Shown piece after piece: positions 32,901 to 47,900 of a stretch of DNA of 64,000 nucleotides. Every line of letters begins with the position of its first letter. The first letter of the stretch is position 1. The translations under genes were made by a program, and so were the position numbers. Source of the DNA: Podarcis bocagei. Taxonomy: Eukaryota. The notes beneath the pieces are model-generated. The model was given only the letters and a program-made list of their open reading frames with translations, ran no database searches and had not been told where the DNA came from. The stretch lies in assembly GCA_964188305.1 (NCBI GenBank), contig OZ076889.1; one strand, written 5' to 3'.

Positions 32901-35900
32901 AGGAGAATACGGACATTTTAACTATGTGTACACACAAAATACTCAAGAGTAATCAAAGCATAACATAATGTTAGAAGTGGAGGCAGTCAGTTTTAGTTTT
33001 GAGATCCATTTTCAAATACACATTTCTATTTAATTACTCCTATGCTAGGGGAGCATTCACATGAGCAGGGGGTGGCAGCTTTTCAGTACTAGAACAAACA
33101 AAATTTATCCATGCTGTACTATTACGTGCAGATCATTATGCTGCAGACTTATTAGAACACACAACTGTTGTATGTGCTTGAGGTATGCGGAACAACCCAT
33201 ACATTGTAACATGATAAATAAGCAGAATAGGAATGCCAAAGGAAGTTCCTTTACTTACGTCTCTCCTGGGAAAAGTCCCTAGTAGCTTGAATTCTTCCCA
33301 AGGATATCCCTTGGAAGCCACAAAATCAAAGACGACCTGCAGCTTGCTATTGGCCAGGAAACGTCGTTCAAAGAATTCTCCACTAGGTGTTCGGATACGC
33401 AGCTTACTCACTGATTCCGGGCTCTCATCTTTTGGTTCTGGAGGCAAGGCCTGCTCTAGAGATAGCCTAATAGCCTGAAGAAAGAAGAAGGACACATAGG
33501 TTTTTAGCAACTTTCCCTTTTCTTTCTGTAACTTAGTTACTGAGACTGCCACTGCATTGTATCTGATTAATTTTAACTCAATGTCCCATCAATGGCTGCT
33601 AATGGTTGGAAAAGAGAGAGGAAGGAACTCCCAAGAGCTTGAAGATGAATCTATTTCAGGCCTAACACATTTTGGAATAAGACTTTGGCGGGGGCAAGCT
33701 TTGAATAGTAATTTTAATTAAATGCATAAACCAGTGTAGATTCTTCCTGTTGCAAATTGTCCCAGATGCATTGTCCCAGAAATCAATCTCTTTCAAGCAC
33801 CTGATTTTGTGGTTGTTTTTCTGCTATGGTCAAAAAGGCCTTCTCTCCAAGATGTTTGACCACGTTCTATTACATTCTGTGAAGCAACTTGTCTTAGGAA
33901 ACAACTTGTCTTACTACATGTTGCAACATTTTCCCAACATCTAGGAGTGTCTCCACCCCCATCGCTCAGCGAGGTCCTCTTCCGAGGGTCTTCTGCTGGT
34001 TCCCTCACTGCGAAAAGCGAAGTTACAGGGAACCAGGCAGAGGGCCTTTTCGGTGGTGGCGCCCTCCCTGTGGAACACCCTCTCTTCAGTTGTCAAGGAG
34101 ATAAAGAATTATACAACTTTTAGAAGTCATCTGAAGGCAGCCCTGTATCGGGAGGTTTTTAATGCTTGATGTTTTTATTATGTTTTTAGATATGCTGTAA
34201 GCTGTCCACAGTGGCTGGGGAAACACAACCAGATGGGTGGGGTATAAATAATAAAATTATTATTATTATCACATCTCTCCTGCACATGTTTGTGGTCAAA
34301 ATAATGGGATGCACAACTCCTGTGTCCTTTGAGATACTGGACTCACCTCTATTCTGACAATGAGCTGAACCATGTTGATCCTAGGAACCATAAACTTCCT
34401 GGGAAGCAGACAGTCTTTCCTTAGTTTTATCACTGAGATTCCATCCTGAGTGAACAAGGCAGCACAGACCCTACAACTCAAGAGAAGTAGCCCATCCAAG
34501 CTGCCTGTCAACTTCTCCTGACTTAGAAGGATGATAAAGGATTTATAGTTCAGGCTGTAACTTTGGGCCACTGCACCTGGCTCTTTACTCCTAGCTCTTG
34601 GTACCTGGCTCTTACTCTGCCAAGAGTCAAGTTGCTGTCCTGTCCTTATTAAGGTATGACAGTGCTGGAGGTCCTGTTTCCTTTGGCCTGTCCTCCATAA
34701 ACTTGGCTAGAGTGAAGTAGCAGGAGGAAAATGCTTTTCTCTTATTTATTTCTAATTTTAAGCATGCAAAAGCCCCATTTTTGGAAAGCAAATTCTTCTC
34801 CAAGTATTCAGGTTGACATCTTGTGTCAGAAGAACTTCATTTCCACACTGCAGTTCTATGATGCATATTTCAATATCACATCCATCTTTATTCATTTCTT
34901 AATAACAGCTCAGAAAACAACTAATTAAAATAAATCCTCCTCTTATAACACATTATTAAACCTATAGTTTACTGCATAGTGGTGATAGGTAATTTAATTG
35001 TTGGGCAGAAAGGGCTTAGGGAATTTTGATTGAGGGAATAATTGTCAAGTGCCAAATTGCTTTTTAAAGCATAAAATCAAAACCATTAAATATTTAGACT
35101 AATTAATTAATTAATTAAAATCCTGTAACCATCTCACAGGCAAAATGCTTGACCAGATAACACAAATACACAAGACAAGATAATGCAAAAAACACCTGAA
35201 CTCTTTACAAAGAAACCTGAAATAAAATTATCTGAACAATGATTTGAGTAATCCTATATACACACTTACTCTGGGAGCAAGTCCCATTGAACTCAGTGGG
35301 GCTAATTTCTGAGCAGACATGTACAAGATAACACCGTTAATTTAACTGATCTGAATCTGCTTTTCAGGTATACACTAATAGTGCAATCATATATATGGTT
35401 ATTCAAAAGTTAGCCTCAGTGAGTTCAGTGGGACTTGCTATTTATATAATTCCATTGAAATGAAGCTACTTTGAATATATGCACTACATTAAACAAACCT
35501 TTTATAAATAAATTTGATTTAAAATACTATTGCTGCCTGCTAGTTCTTTTAAATGTATGAACTGAGTAATAAAATTCCAATGATTTTAGTCAGCCTTCGG
35601 AATGTTCAAGCTTCTTTAGATTCTGCCCAATGGGTTTAGGACTGGGGTGGAGAGAAAGTTGAAAAGATATATGAGCGACTGAGATATCAATCATAACGAG
35701 AATCAAAGACCAACAGGACAAAGCATGAACCCAAGCACTTATGCTTGTGCAAGGCAGCCCTCTCAAATTCTGCCCAATTCCAGCTTCCTACTGCAGCCCC
35801 CCTTGTACCCTCTTCCATTCATTTCATAGGGTCACTGAACTATCAGGAGCATTATTTGGGGTGCGTAGGAAGCTTTCGTGGGGAGGAAGGGCCCAAAACA

Positions 35901-38900
35901 CCCTTCTTCAAGAACTGAATTCTGCTTGTGTTTTTGTGGAACCAACCCTTAAAATGTATTTTGTCCTAGTGGTCTTTTTTTTAAAAAAGGGTATTTTTTA
36001 TTATCTTTGTCCATGTTTTCTACTCAAGCACCTGCTTTTTATCCTTGTGTGTTGACATTTTCCATTGCTGTACAACAGATGCAACATTATTTACTAAACC
36101 CAAGCCATTATATCAGAGGAAAACAAACAACAGTAGCTCATTAGAGTTGTTTTCATTGTGCAAACAATACTCCACCCCCCCCTCAAAGTAACCAGTCTCC
36201 AGTACTAAAGCATAAAAATAGCTATTTACAATGGATATTCTACACCACCTGACTAACTTAAAGGACAATGATGCTTAGAGTAAAGTTAACAACTCATGGA
36301 TCTGCATTTTATTGATTAAAAATATATATTCAGTATGTGAATAGGGTGGATGATTTTCAAATAGACAGGCTAAGCCAAACGTCTGTCAGGTAAGCAAACA
36401 CTATTGCACAACAAGAGATTGTAGGTAATCCATGCACTTGGACATGGGGAGTGTTAGTAAACAGCATGGCTAACAATGCTTTTGTATTGCTATACAAATA
36501 TATCTTATTTTCTTTTCATTATAGCAATCTGCATTAAATCGAGGAGGCCAGTTGCAGGTTGAAATGAGGACTGGTTCTGCAGCTCTGAGTAAGAAAACAG
36601 TTTATAAAAGGCCATTGTATCCAAAAGAAAGGTTATGTAGCACAATAACAGTGCACCTATATGGGCAGTATTTATTTTAGAGAGGGACAGAAGCCATTTT
36701 GTGCAAGCAGAGTTTTTTAAATAGAATATACACGGATGGATTTATATTTTTACTTTGACACTGCCATTGTGATTATGTGTGCAAATTAACATAGGGGTGC
36801 CACTAACTATATGTTCACGGTATAATGTCTCACCTCACGTTCTTCTTCCTGTTCTTTCTTAATCTGCTCCAAACGAAACTGCTCTGCAATTTCTCTCTCT
36901 TGTGCTTCTCTCTGCAGAGATGAAATAAACAAGTCACTTCAGATATCATTTATCATTAAGGTACACTCTCATATTCCAATGGTCCTCATTTTCCTACAAA
37001 TTATGCCATGCAAAATATGGGTTGTCCAAACTGTGAATGTTCCACAGTTTTCATGGTTTCTCTCAGAGGGAGGCTGTTTTTGGATTACTAGAAAAAGGAG
37101 AAATGCATCACAAGAAGGAAGGGCAAACGAAGTCTCTAATTTGCATAAAATCTGCATATATTGATGAGTGTGTGTATAGATACAAATTTAGAAATAACAC
37201 CACCCATGGCCACCACACTTTCTCAACTAGAGAGTAAGCTTAATATCATAATGTAATTCCTGGTCTCAAAAGAGTTCATAAAAATATCTTAATTCATCAC
37301 TAAATCACATTCTCTAGTATAGAACTGTACACACCTTTGCTCTATCGGCTTCAAGAGAGATTCTGTAAGCTTCATCTTGTTCTCTTTTCACATTCTCTCG
37401 GGCCTCACGTTCATCCTGGTATGGGAAAAGAAGGCCAAGAATCAGATTAGGATCCCAAAATTATGTGTTATATTTATTCATTCATTCATATCCCATCTTT
37501 TCTCCATGGAACTCAAGGTGGGATACTTAGTTCTCCTCCCCACACCCCTGCGATGTAAGTTAGGCGAAGAGACAATGACTGATCTCCCAGATACAACACT
37601 CTAACCGCTACACCACATAGGCTCCTCTATTAGGTGGCAATAATGTTTGGATTAATATCTCAAGTGATTGCTTCTTCCACTGCAGAATGAAGAACTAGAA
37701 GAAAGCATCCAGCTTAACAATAAAAACAAACAAATAAAAAACAAACCAAGAAATCATAATCTAAGTCATTATTATTTTTAAGCTAGGTCACTATGCCATT
37801 CAGGTTAGTCACATTATATGAAGTCTGATCCTATGCATGTTTATGCAGAAGTGTGTTCTACTAAATTCAAGGGATCTTACTCCCAAAGTAAGTATGCATT
37901 GGACAGTAGCCTATTAGAAAATCTGTATATTCAGCTTGGGCTCATTTTGTAGGGATCTGAAAAACTATTCAAATTGCAACAGTCTCTTACCAATTTAAAT
38001 CAACTCTAAAGCAATTGAAGACATTAGTAGTAGAAACAGAAACAGAACTCTGGGGTAACACAACCAATTGAATTATTTCCATGATGTGTCTACTCTAAAT
38101 TCCAAATATGGACAAAAATGACAAATAAAGGAATGAGAGGCAAGTTCAGTTTCTGAGGCCAGAAAATAGGCTCTAGCTGATCTAAACAAGTGTTATCATG
38201 CTGCTCGATTCCATCAGATTTGCTCATGGTAAAAATCTCACTGATTCACATATTTAGGGTTAGGAAAGGAACTTTCTTCTCAATCAATCAAAGTGCTTTT
38301 GTTGTTGCTTTCCCTAGTACCAACTCTCTTGCTTCAATCACCTGGAGTACATCTGCTCTCTGCCAAGTTTGCACTGCACCACTTGAGTGAAAGGAGCTAG
38401 AGAGTGAATGGCCCTGTCTTTGAGCGTGAGACATGAGCATGATGACACATGATCCAAATAGCTTAACAACTGATGACCAGTCTTTGTTGCTGCTTTGTAT
38501 TTGTCAAACACCCCAGCGTTTAAACAGGATTTATTTAGGCAGGAATAAAGGTACTAAATTATTTCACACTAAGGACTTCTCCTGCCTTGATAAGACTCTA
38601 AATCATCACTTAAAATCAGTGGGTTATCAAAAATTATTTGGCTAGGTTTGGCAAATATGTATTTGTGACATAAATAAAGCCAGCAATGTTTCACTTTTGT
38701 AACAATATAATTATACAGCTAATGACGATGATTTCACAGCTTTAAATAAATTGTATTTGAAATCCAGCTGAATAATTTGAAGATTTAGGCTGCCCTTCAT
38801 TCTTATAGATAAAAGGGCTGTAGACAATAGGCATAAATAAAATTAAACATTGTTGTATCAATACAGTATCATACATAAAATAAGGCAACCATTTTCATAA

Positions 38901-41900
38901 AAGAATTAGAGACAATGAAACTCATTCAGAGAAGACTAAATGGTTTTCAAGACTAGCTTCCAAATTCCTTGGCAAACAGTTATATTTTGACATGGCACAC
39001 AGACTATTATAAGGTCAGCACACGTTAGTGTCCTTTGGGGAAGTATTTCGAAGATGGGAGACCACCACAGAGAAGGCTCTCCTCCAAGTTTCTTAAGGCA
39101 CAGAGTATATGGCTTTAACAGTAAGCACTAGCACCAAAAAGTGGGCTTCAGGTGAAAAGGCAGTCAACATAATCAATGTAATGTAATTCCATCTGGCTGC
39201 ACCACCTAGCAGCTTCGTTCTGTACCAGTTGAAGCTTCTGAGTAGCTTTCAAGGATAGTACCATGCACAAGCTTAAGTGGCTAAGCATCATCCCTCACCA
39301 TTGTCTACATGGACTGAGGCTGAAGGGAGCTGGGGTCCCAGGAACGCCTGGAAGGCCACAGGTTAGCCACCACTGCATTAGAGTAAACCAAATCAAAAGT
39401 TACCAGAGCATGGTTCCTTGTGGCAAGGCTATTCCTGTTCTCAGCTGGCAAACCAGTATAACACAGTATTTTTCCAGACAGGCAGTTTCAGGCATTTCCC
39501 TTAGGTTTAGTTCTTCTTCTTCTTGGCATTATTTAAACGGGATATGCAAGGGATGTCAGGAATGTAACAATACATTATGCATGACTGCCTCTCTGGGACA
39601 AAGGTGTGAAATGGCACAGCTAAACCTCCATTTCAAAGGGAACAGTTTCCTAAGCAGATGTACCTTCTAAATCAAGTTCATGGTTAGACAATGGAAAATT
39701 GTTTATCTAAGTAAGAGATTTAACTATGTAAAATATTTGCATAGGTTTTTTTTAAAAAAAATACTATGTTTTAATTAAGATTAATGTTGCATTGCAAAGT
39801 AAGCAATCCGCAGTACAGGACTTCATCAGTGTGAGATTACAGAGAATATTATGATACCCTTTCATACTTGCAAAAATAAATATTTGCATACCGCCAGCAA
39901 CAGCCCTGCTCCCAAGGTTTCTTGGCCCCTTGGAGCATCAGCAAAGGACATGTCTCTCTTGCAGTGCTTCCCCCTGCAATTATGTTGTGCCTTTGCAATG
40001 CCAGAGTAGACCCACCTTTACTGAGAAAACTATGCATCTGCCCTCCTCCCCTTCTTCCTCATCTGTGAGAGTTCCTCTTACAACCTGCCGAGTTATATCT
40101 TCGTTTTATTTATTTATGGGACTTAAAACCCAGCTTTTGACAGCTTAAATGAAGCATCATATGAACTCTGCACAGCAGCAGCCTCTCTTCACAACAAAGT
40201 GTATGAGCAAATTTCTTTACTCTTGCTACCAACTTGGTCAGATGTGCAACAGCACTGAGTGAGTGCTTACCCACATGAGCTCAAACCAACCTTTGTAACT
40301 GAGAAAAAGTTCTTACTGCCATTTAAAAGCCAGCTGATTATGCCATGTTTTGGATTTCATCTACTCCTTCAGGAGCAGGGGCTTTTCCATTACAGCATGG
40401 TGCTTTGGAACTCACTTCCAAAGGAAGTTCATACAACCTCTTCCCTGCTAGCCTTTAAAAAGATAAGCATTTTTTAAAAAAATTAATTGGACCTTACTTC
40501 CTATTGTTTTATTGCTTGCCCTTGTTGGTTCAGTGCTTTCTTTTAATTTTGTAAACTTGTCTAATGTACCTATGAAAGTAGAGCATCAATAAAAAACATT
40601 TTCTCATCTTGGAAATGCATTTAAAACTTAAGATATAATGTGGCAAGCTGCCTTGTACAAGACCATTCTAACTCATTAATGTCTATTCAGACAGGAAGCA
40701 GTTCCACAAAGTCATTTTAACCAGAAATGTCAAGGACTAAACTTGGGACTCTACACATACAAGAAATGTCGCTGAGTGATGGTCCTACTCAAAGATGATC
40801 AAGGGCCTTAGGAAATCAAGCCTTAGGAGGAACGGCTGAAGGAGCTTGGTATGTTTAGCCTGGAAAAGAGGAGACTGAGATAGCCATCTTCAAATATATC
40901 AAGGGCTGTCAAATGGAAGATGCAGCAAGCTTGTTTTCTCTTGCCCCAGAGAGTAGGACAGATCCAGCAGATTCAAGTTACAAGAAAGGAGATTCCAACT
41001 AAACATCAAGAAGAACTTTCTGAGGGGAGGAGCTGTTTGACAGTGGGGGAAAACTGCCTAGAGTGGCAGTTCTTGGTGGTGGACTCTCCTTCCTTGCAGG
41101 TTTTTAAGCATAGGTTGGATGGTCATCTGTTATGAATGCTTTAGTTGAGATTCCTGCATTGCAGGGTTTGGACTTGATGACCTTTGGGGTCCCTTCCAAC
41201 TCTACAATTCTATGATTCTACTCTTTAAATTGAGGCTATTCTTATTAATAACCTGTATTCATAAACTAAGTGTTTGTGTAAATATAAGCTATCCTCCTCA
41301 GTTTTAATACCAGTTATATGTTTTCTTCTTTGACACTGATAGCAAAGCAAAAACATCTACAGTCAAATTTCAGAATGCAGATAAAAATTAAAAGTTGCCT
41401 TTAAAATGTAAGTTTCATTAAATGTTCTACTCCAAGTAATTACATGGAGCTTTTTCAAGACATGCTTGCTAAGTGCTTTACAAGTCACTGGAAAGTAAAT
41501 GACATTTCACTCCCTTGACAGCCAACCAGCAATATTGCTCACTTAAGGTTGTTGAGAAAATGTGAATGCCAGACGTTGAATCTTGCCCAGATTCAAAAAG
41601 CATAATGGACAAACAAGCTCATAAGAGTTGCCTTCCTCTATAACTTAGATAATTATTATTCATTAAGTACAGGTGAACATAATTGTACCCCAATGCCTGG
41701 CTAGCTGGGAGATACAAAATTTGTCTGGAACAGTAACTAGATGATAGAAGGAAGCCAATTTACCTCACCCTTCCTACTATATAACAGTGACACACAGCAG
41801 CTTACACAGTCAGTGTGTGGGGTGGAGTATGACAAACCTAACAAACAATTGTAATAAAATCTATGAGTAAAACTCCAAGATACTATAATATAACTCAAGC

Positions 41901-44900
41901 AATGTGTTAGTTCTACTGGGCTTTACTCAAGACAGCAGTCCATATCCCGGACATTATTACAAGTAAAAACGTGAACCGTTTTTCAGCAGGAGGTGGCGGT
42001 AGGCAAAAAGCTCTTAAATTGCTTTGTAGTGCTCCTTTTTAAGTAAACTGCTTTGAGAACACTTGTGTGGAAAAGTGGCACATAATGTTGGGTTGGGTTG
42101 GTTAGCATCCTAACAAGACATCCATGAATCATACAGCTCCTTCAGTCCATGGACAGGACCATGATCTAATGGAGTACCAGCAGAAGGTGGGATGAAGTTT
42201 TCCTTTCCTCTGCATCTTCTCTCAAATTGCTCCTGTGAGCCTCCCAACCTTCTGCAACAGATTTTCAGCAGACATAACTGATTAGTTGGGAAAGAGGAAA
42301 CAGTGGAAGTTACCTTCCCACCTTGGGGTGGTGGGAGCATCCTGTAAGCATACTCTCCCCAGGGTTACTTCCAGCAACAGAAGCCTGGTACAGGATTGTA
42401 GTGCAACTCTATTCAAGTCTAGTCTAAAGTAAGTCTCATTGTTTTCTGTGGGACTTACTCCGGGGTAAATATGTTCCAAATTGAGGCTTCAGTCAGTATG
42501 TTAATTAATATATTGCTGATAACGTAGTTGTAGGGTGTCTGTTAGACCTGCATGCATGCAAAAATTATAACATATACCGTGCATCTTTTCCAAACCTTAT
42601 GTTTTGCTCAACCTCATAGTTTAGCTAACAATAACCATGTATTCTTTACAGTTCACCCCCAATATCTGGAATGAGGGGGGGACAATGATTCTGCACCAGA
42701 TAATGTGCATCTCACTGACATCTGAGCACTGATTTCTGACCTTTCAAACACTTTCACTCATTCTGTGACTCTTTTTGCAATAAATTTTAAGGACAAGGAG
42801 CAAGAGGTTGAGAGGAGAGGCTTATGGATGGGAGAAGTAGAATGATACCCACAAAGAGAAAATGACAGCAATAGGTCCCCTTATTTAAAAGGCCTGAGGA
42901 TCACAGTTCTGTATCAACATACCTATTAAGGTACGCCTTTGGAATATATAGATCTATCTAGTGCATAAGCCTCAAATGTGACCCAAAGCAAGCTGTCTTT
43001 GAAACACAACAGTAATGAATCCATAAAGCAAAATGAAAAACAGAGCTTTTAATCTGTGAGAACAGATTATGCCATGATTATTCTGCATTCCGCTGCTTAG
43101 CCATTGGATATACATTATGAATATTGAAATTTCTCATTGCTTAGCTGTTATTCAGAAATGCTGTAGGGGTAGGACCCCCCCTGCCCCCCCTCAAGATGTT
43201 GGACAATTGATCTTGTGTCAGTGTGACAATATAGCAACATTTAATTGGCAGCTTTGATGGAATCAGTATGAAATCTTTTTAGAAATAAATTAAAGTGACA
43301 GCAAGATTACTCCATGGAAAGAAACAGTCTGCCGCTAAGCTGCAGTTAACTTCCCCCTTTTTAATTTCATAAACCTTCATATTTTATTTTAAAATATTTT
43401 CTTGATCAGTCCATGTTGAGGCCAGGCTGAAATTCCTCCCTCTCAAATCACTATCATTGTACACCATCTTTCCACTCCCACTGAATTCCCTGCACAGATA
43501 AGCATAATTCCCATGAAGCATTCTGACCCTGTGGGAATGCCTAGGATGGCTGCTGCTTGAAGCAGTGTCAAATATTTTCCCCCATTAAAAAAAACCAGCA
43601 ACCATCTTCATCTTAGGACGCACTCTTGATTGTAAATCTGCTTTAACTTATTTTAATACAGTAGCTGTAAATTGTTGTGACCCAACCTGGGAGCTCATGG
43701 TGAAGAGTCGGCAAGAATTCTAATAAAATCTTAATTATATAATCAGCATCATCTTCAAACATAAGGCTACTCCCACCTGAAAGTTCTGAAGTTTTACTCT
43801 CCCAAGATTCATTCAATCTTTGGGTGGGGCATTCTCTCCTCATCTTCACTAAAATGCTGAAAAAAGTCAGGACTGAGTAAAGTTCCATCAAGTACTTGTT
43901 CATTATCCAGCAAGGATAGTCACAACTATGTCCTATTGAACTAAATGGTCAGATTTAAATTGCTTCTCAACTTGGGAAATATCTTTCTTGTGAAAAGGAA
44001 ACAAAATCTAAGTTTTAGAAACTCAAATTCTACACTATCTTTCTAGCTTGTCTTTCTGCATCCTCAAGGAGGAGTTTGAGTCTCAATTAATATCTGACCC
44101 AATTAAATGCTAAGTTATCTCAGAGCAACACACAGCCCATTATACCCTGAAATTCAACAATCTATGTGTTCACATAAGGCACTAGAAACCAAAGAACCCA
44201 CCCTACATATTCTCTGTTTGCAAAGGATGAGAATCTATTTCAAACATTTTATTGAGCCACACCTGAAGTTAAAACTATTACTGCCTGCAGCTAATCATGG
44301 GAGTGTGAAAGAAAAAACACCCAGCTTGTCTAAACAAAACAACATAATAGAAAACATTAAGCTGATCCTCCAAAGATGACAGACTTGTACATTTTATAGC
44401 TTAACACAGGAAAATCTATGGATATATATATACACAGTGTGTGGGTTGTTGTTTTATAAATGATATAAAAGCTGCCCAAATAAAGCCTAACTTTTACTGC
44501 TGTTCTCACATTCTCTTATAATGCTGTTCTCACATCTCATTCTCTTATAATGGCAATGGTTCCCACCTGAGAGGTGTTGGAACTGAGTTCCAGCGAGTTC
44601 CAGCTAAAAAAAAAGCCCTGCTTGCTATTACTTTTTGGAAATATTTCTTAAAAACCCATCACAATTTGCTTTGTCCCCAAATGGCTGACTTGCTTCAATA
44701 AGCTAATTTGAGGTACTTTTTGTGCAGTTTGCCTTTTTGTTGTTGTTGTTGTTACTGGTCTTGATTCTATGCCTTAACATCAGGGTGGCATGCAAAAATC
44801 TGTGAAACAACACTTTTTGTGACTTGTACATAAAGTGACACTATAAACTTTCAACTTCTTAATTTTTGTATCCCGGGCCACTGTTAAATGCTCGCTCTCT

Positions 44901-47900
44901 GTTCCTGTGCCTTTAACAATAAACCTACTCAATTTAAGTTCACAGGAAAGGAAGATGGGCTGATGGCTGATCACGCAATCTGAAAGCTTAGCTGACAGTC
45001 CACCTATTTCCAGATAAATAAACATAAAAACATTAAAAAGTTTTTCCTCTCCATGAACCTGAATAGTTCTCCATGCCTTTATCAGTGTTACTCTTATTTC
45101 TACAGGTGGTTTTTTTAAATAAAAGAAACACACACTATGTTTTTCAGGAAGAAGATTGAAAAACCAGCTGATGGGAAGTCAAAGTGAATAGACATTTTCA
45201 AGTGGGATTTGCAAATAAAGGAAGTTTTTTCAAGCAATTGTAGAACAATATATATCTACCATGAATCTTATCCTAAAGCAACGAGGGTTAAATGTTGCAT
45301 AACAAGAAAAATAAACATTATGTTAGGCCTACTGTTACTTAACTTAAAAATGTGGACAAGTCAGACCAGCTGTGTAACAGTCAATGCTTTTACAGTAATA
45401 AATTTTGACAGCAGAAATAAAAAGAATGCATTATCGAGGTATCATCAAATGGGTTCTGTCAGTACATAGGAACTCCACCCTGTATAAGCTTGTCAAAAAG
45501 TGTTACTGTAATCCATTGAGAAGTCTCCTCCTCAGGCAAGAGAGGAAAAAATGCATAAGGAGGAGGCTCAAAACAGGTGTGTTGAATTGTAATACCATTA
45601 TTTAATCACAAATCTCTTCTCATTAGTTTCATATGTGACAAATTCAGGCTCTATTCTTGCCTATCATGGAATGCTAGAATCATCACTCAACAGTCAAGTT
45701 AAAAGCCAAATGTAAACAATGAAACTGTGGACATGTCTTTTTAACACTGTACACTCCTCAAACACAAAAGGCTTAATAAATTACTGCCATTTCTCTTGGA
45801 GCTCCCAGCTAGGTCTCCAGTAACAATATGAGACTGAAGGAAATTATATTTCTCAATTAAAATTGGACTTCCTCTGGATAGAAACAGCCACTTTCTCTGG
45901 CTCACTTTTTTCCAAAGCTGCTACTGCTCAGGATAACATTGCCAATTCATTATGGTAATATACTACAATTTAGTCCACAGGCATTTAGGGTGTAATCCTA
46001 AAGCCAGTAAGAGACCAGCTGTGGACCTCTGGATTCAGAGTCCCATTCCATCAGAGAAGGAAAGCCCACTGGTATGATGGCATGCATGCTGCTAGAAGAT
46101 CCTTGGTACACCCACAGAAAGGTCTGTCAGTGCAGATGTCCCACTGGTTGTGTTTTGCTGGTGGAGGTAGTGAAACAAGGGCAGCTGAGGATCTGTAAGA
46201 CCTCAAGATCTCTTGAATTCCCAACGTGCCCATAAGAAGCCTCAACTACACTATTCCGAGAGCCGGCATAGCTAATTGCTTCTCACTGAACACAATGGCA
46301 AGGGAGTAAATGAAGGAAAGCATCCCCACCAAGAAAGGTAGAATCCCCACCCCTACTTCCCACTCAGGCTGGAGTGAGCTGGCAGGGCATTGGAAGTGGT
46401 GCTAGCTCTGTTACCTTACTCAGAAATTATGGGAAGCCACTCTTGTGGGATTGAAAAATACCCACCACTCCCTAAAGTACTTAAGTTACCTGAATTTTAG
46501 GCCTCTATCTACATGTTTGCTAAAACTGTGCAGTGTCTCAGTTTTGTCTTACTTTTCTTCTTCTTCAGTTAGCCTCAGTGATACTAGAAGAGTTCTATCC
46601 TCTATATACAATTAACTGAAAAACCCAGCTCCACATTATGACACCTAGCAAAGGATACTGTGTTAAATGCTATGCAAAAGTGTATCACATTGTTATTCAA
46701 GATTTGAAGACTTCTAAGCATATAAATATATGAAAAGGGTAACGTTCCAAATTTTCATACTGGGTCATTGTTGATTCCCCCCACCCTAGCTGGAATATAT
46801 ATTCTTTGAATATACAGAACCATTCTTTTGTGCCTCCATGTACAAAAAAAATATACATGTTGACTTAGAAAAAAATAACAGCCAAAAACCTCGGAAGAAC
46901 TTTCTGTTTATCTTTTTGTGGTTTATGATGGCTTACAATTGTTACTAGGAAAACAGTAACAGAAACCGGAATCTGTATCCTGCTTGCTATTGTCACATTT
47001 TGAAAGCATGTTCATGTAAATGCATTAAGATCTTCACTAGAAAAAGGAGTTGCTGTTTAAACAGAAGTTGTCGGGAACAAGGCTTATAAAAAAGAGTTAC
47101 ATGTTAGCTAGCAAACCACGAAAAAACAATATTTTTTTTCACATGCCAACGCCTCTTGCTAAGTACATAATATATGGATTACTTCACTACCTGTTTAGCA
47201 CATCATTTTATCTAGTGAATTGCATTTCTCTTAAAGACACTGAGGAATAAAGCTGGTTTTATTCCTCAAATGTTCTTACAGGTTTGAAATGAATTGCAGA
47301 CACTATGTTTCTGTTAAGCAGTTAACTATTTTGCCTTTCCAAAGAAAACCCTTCCATTTTTGTTTTTTTGTACTTCCAGGATATGTGAAAAGGGAGAAAA
47401 AACCCACAAGAGAGATGCAGAAACACAATACTGGAAGCATGAATTACTGGCACAAGTATTTTTTGCTACTTCTCTGAAAGTGAGAAGCCATCTTATGCTT
47501 CCTGGTGTTTGCAACCAACATGTGAGTCAATAAACCAACACAGCCTATATCGGCCATGTTTGGTGGTTGACCAAAGACTCAATAATCTGCCTGTTTATAT
47601 TGCCTGCCTGGGACTGTAAGACCATTGTGCCGGTGCTGCTGCTGACAAGCAGCTGGAAACCACAGCTGAAGACTGCATTTGGCTTGACATGTGCACAACG
47701 CTATCTTGGTAGCTGAAAGGAAAGGGAACAAGGCTATAACGATATCTCAGCCAACCCAATTTGAGCTGCCCAATCAGCAGCACATGGCACACTGCAGTCT
47801 CCCCACCCCTGCCCCAATCAGTAAATAACTAGCACTCCTATTGCACAGACAGTGGCAGTGCTAGTGCTACTCTACCTGTTCTCACTAACTGCAGGTCAGG

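Noticed and set aside
34290-34661. Second possible solo LTR ending TATGACA
   Set aside because: Could not define a matching 5' terminus or TSD.
41986-41999. CTCF-like motif GCAGGAGGTGGCGG
   Set aside because: A single imperfect match; expected by chance in 64 kb without ChIP support.
44498-44552. Short local tandem duplications (also 27703-27744, 52783-52850 and 60080-60105)
   Set aside because: Ordinary slippage or repair duplications with no evidence of function.
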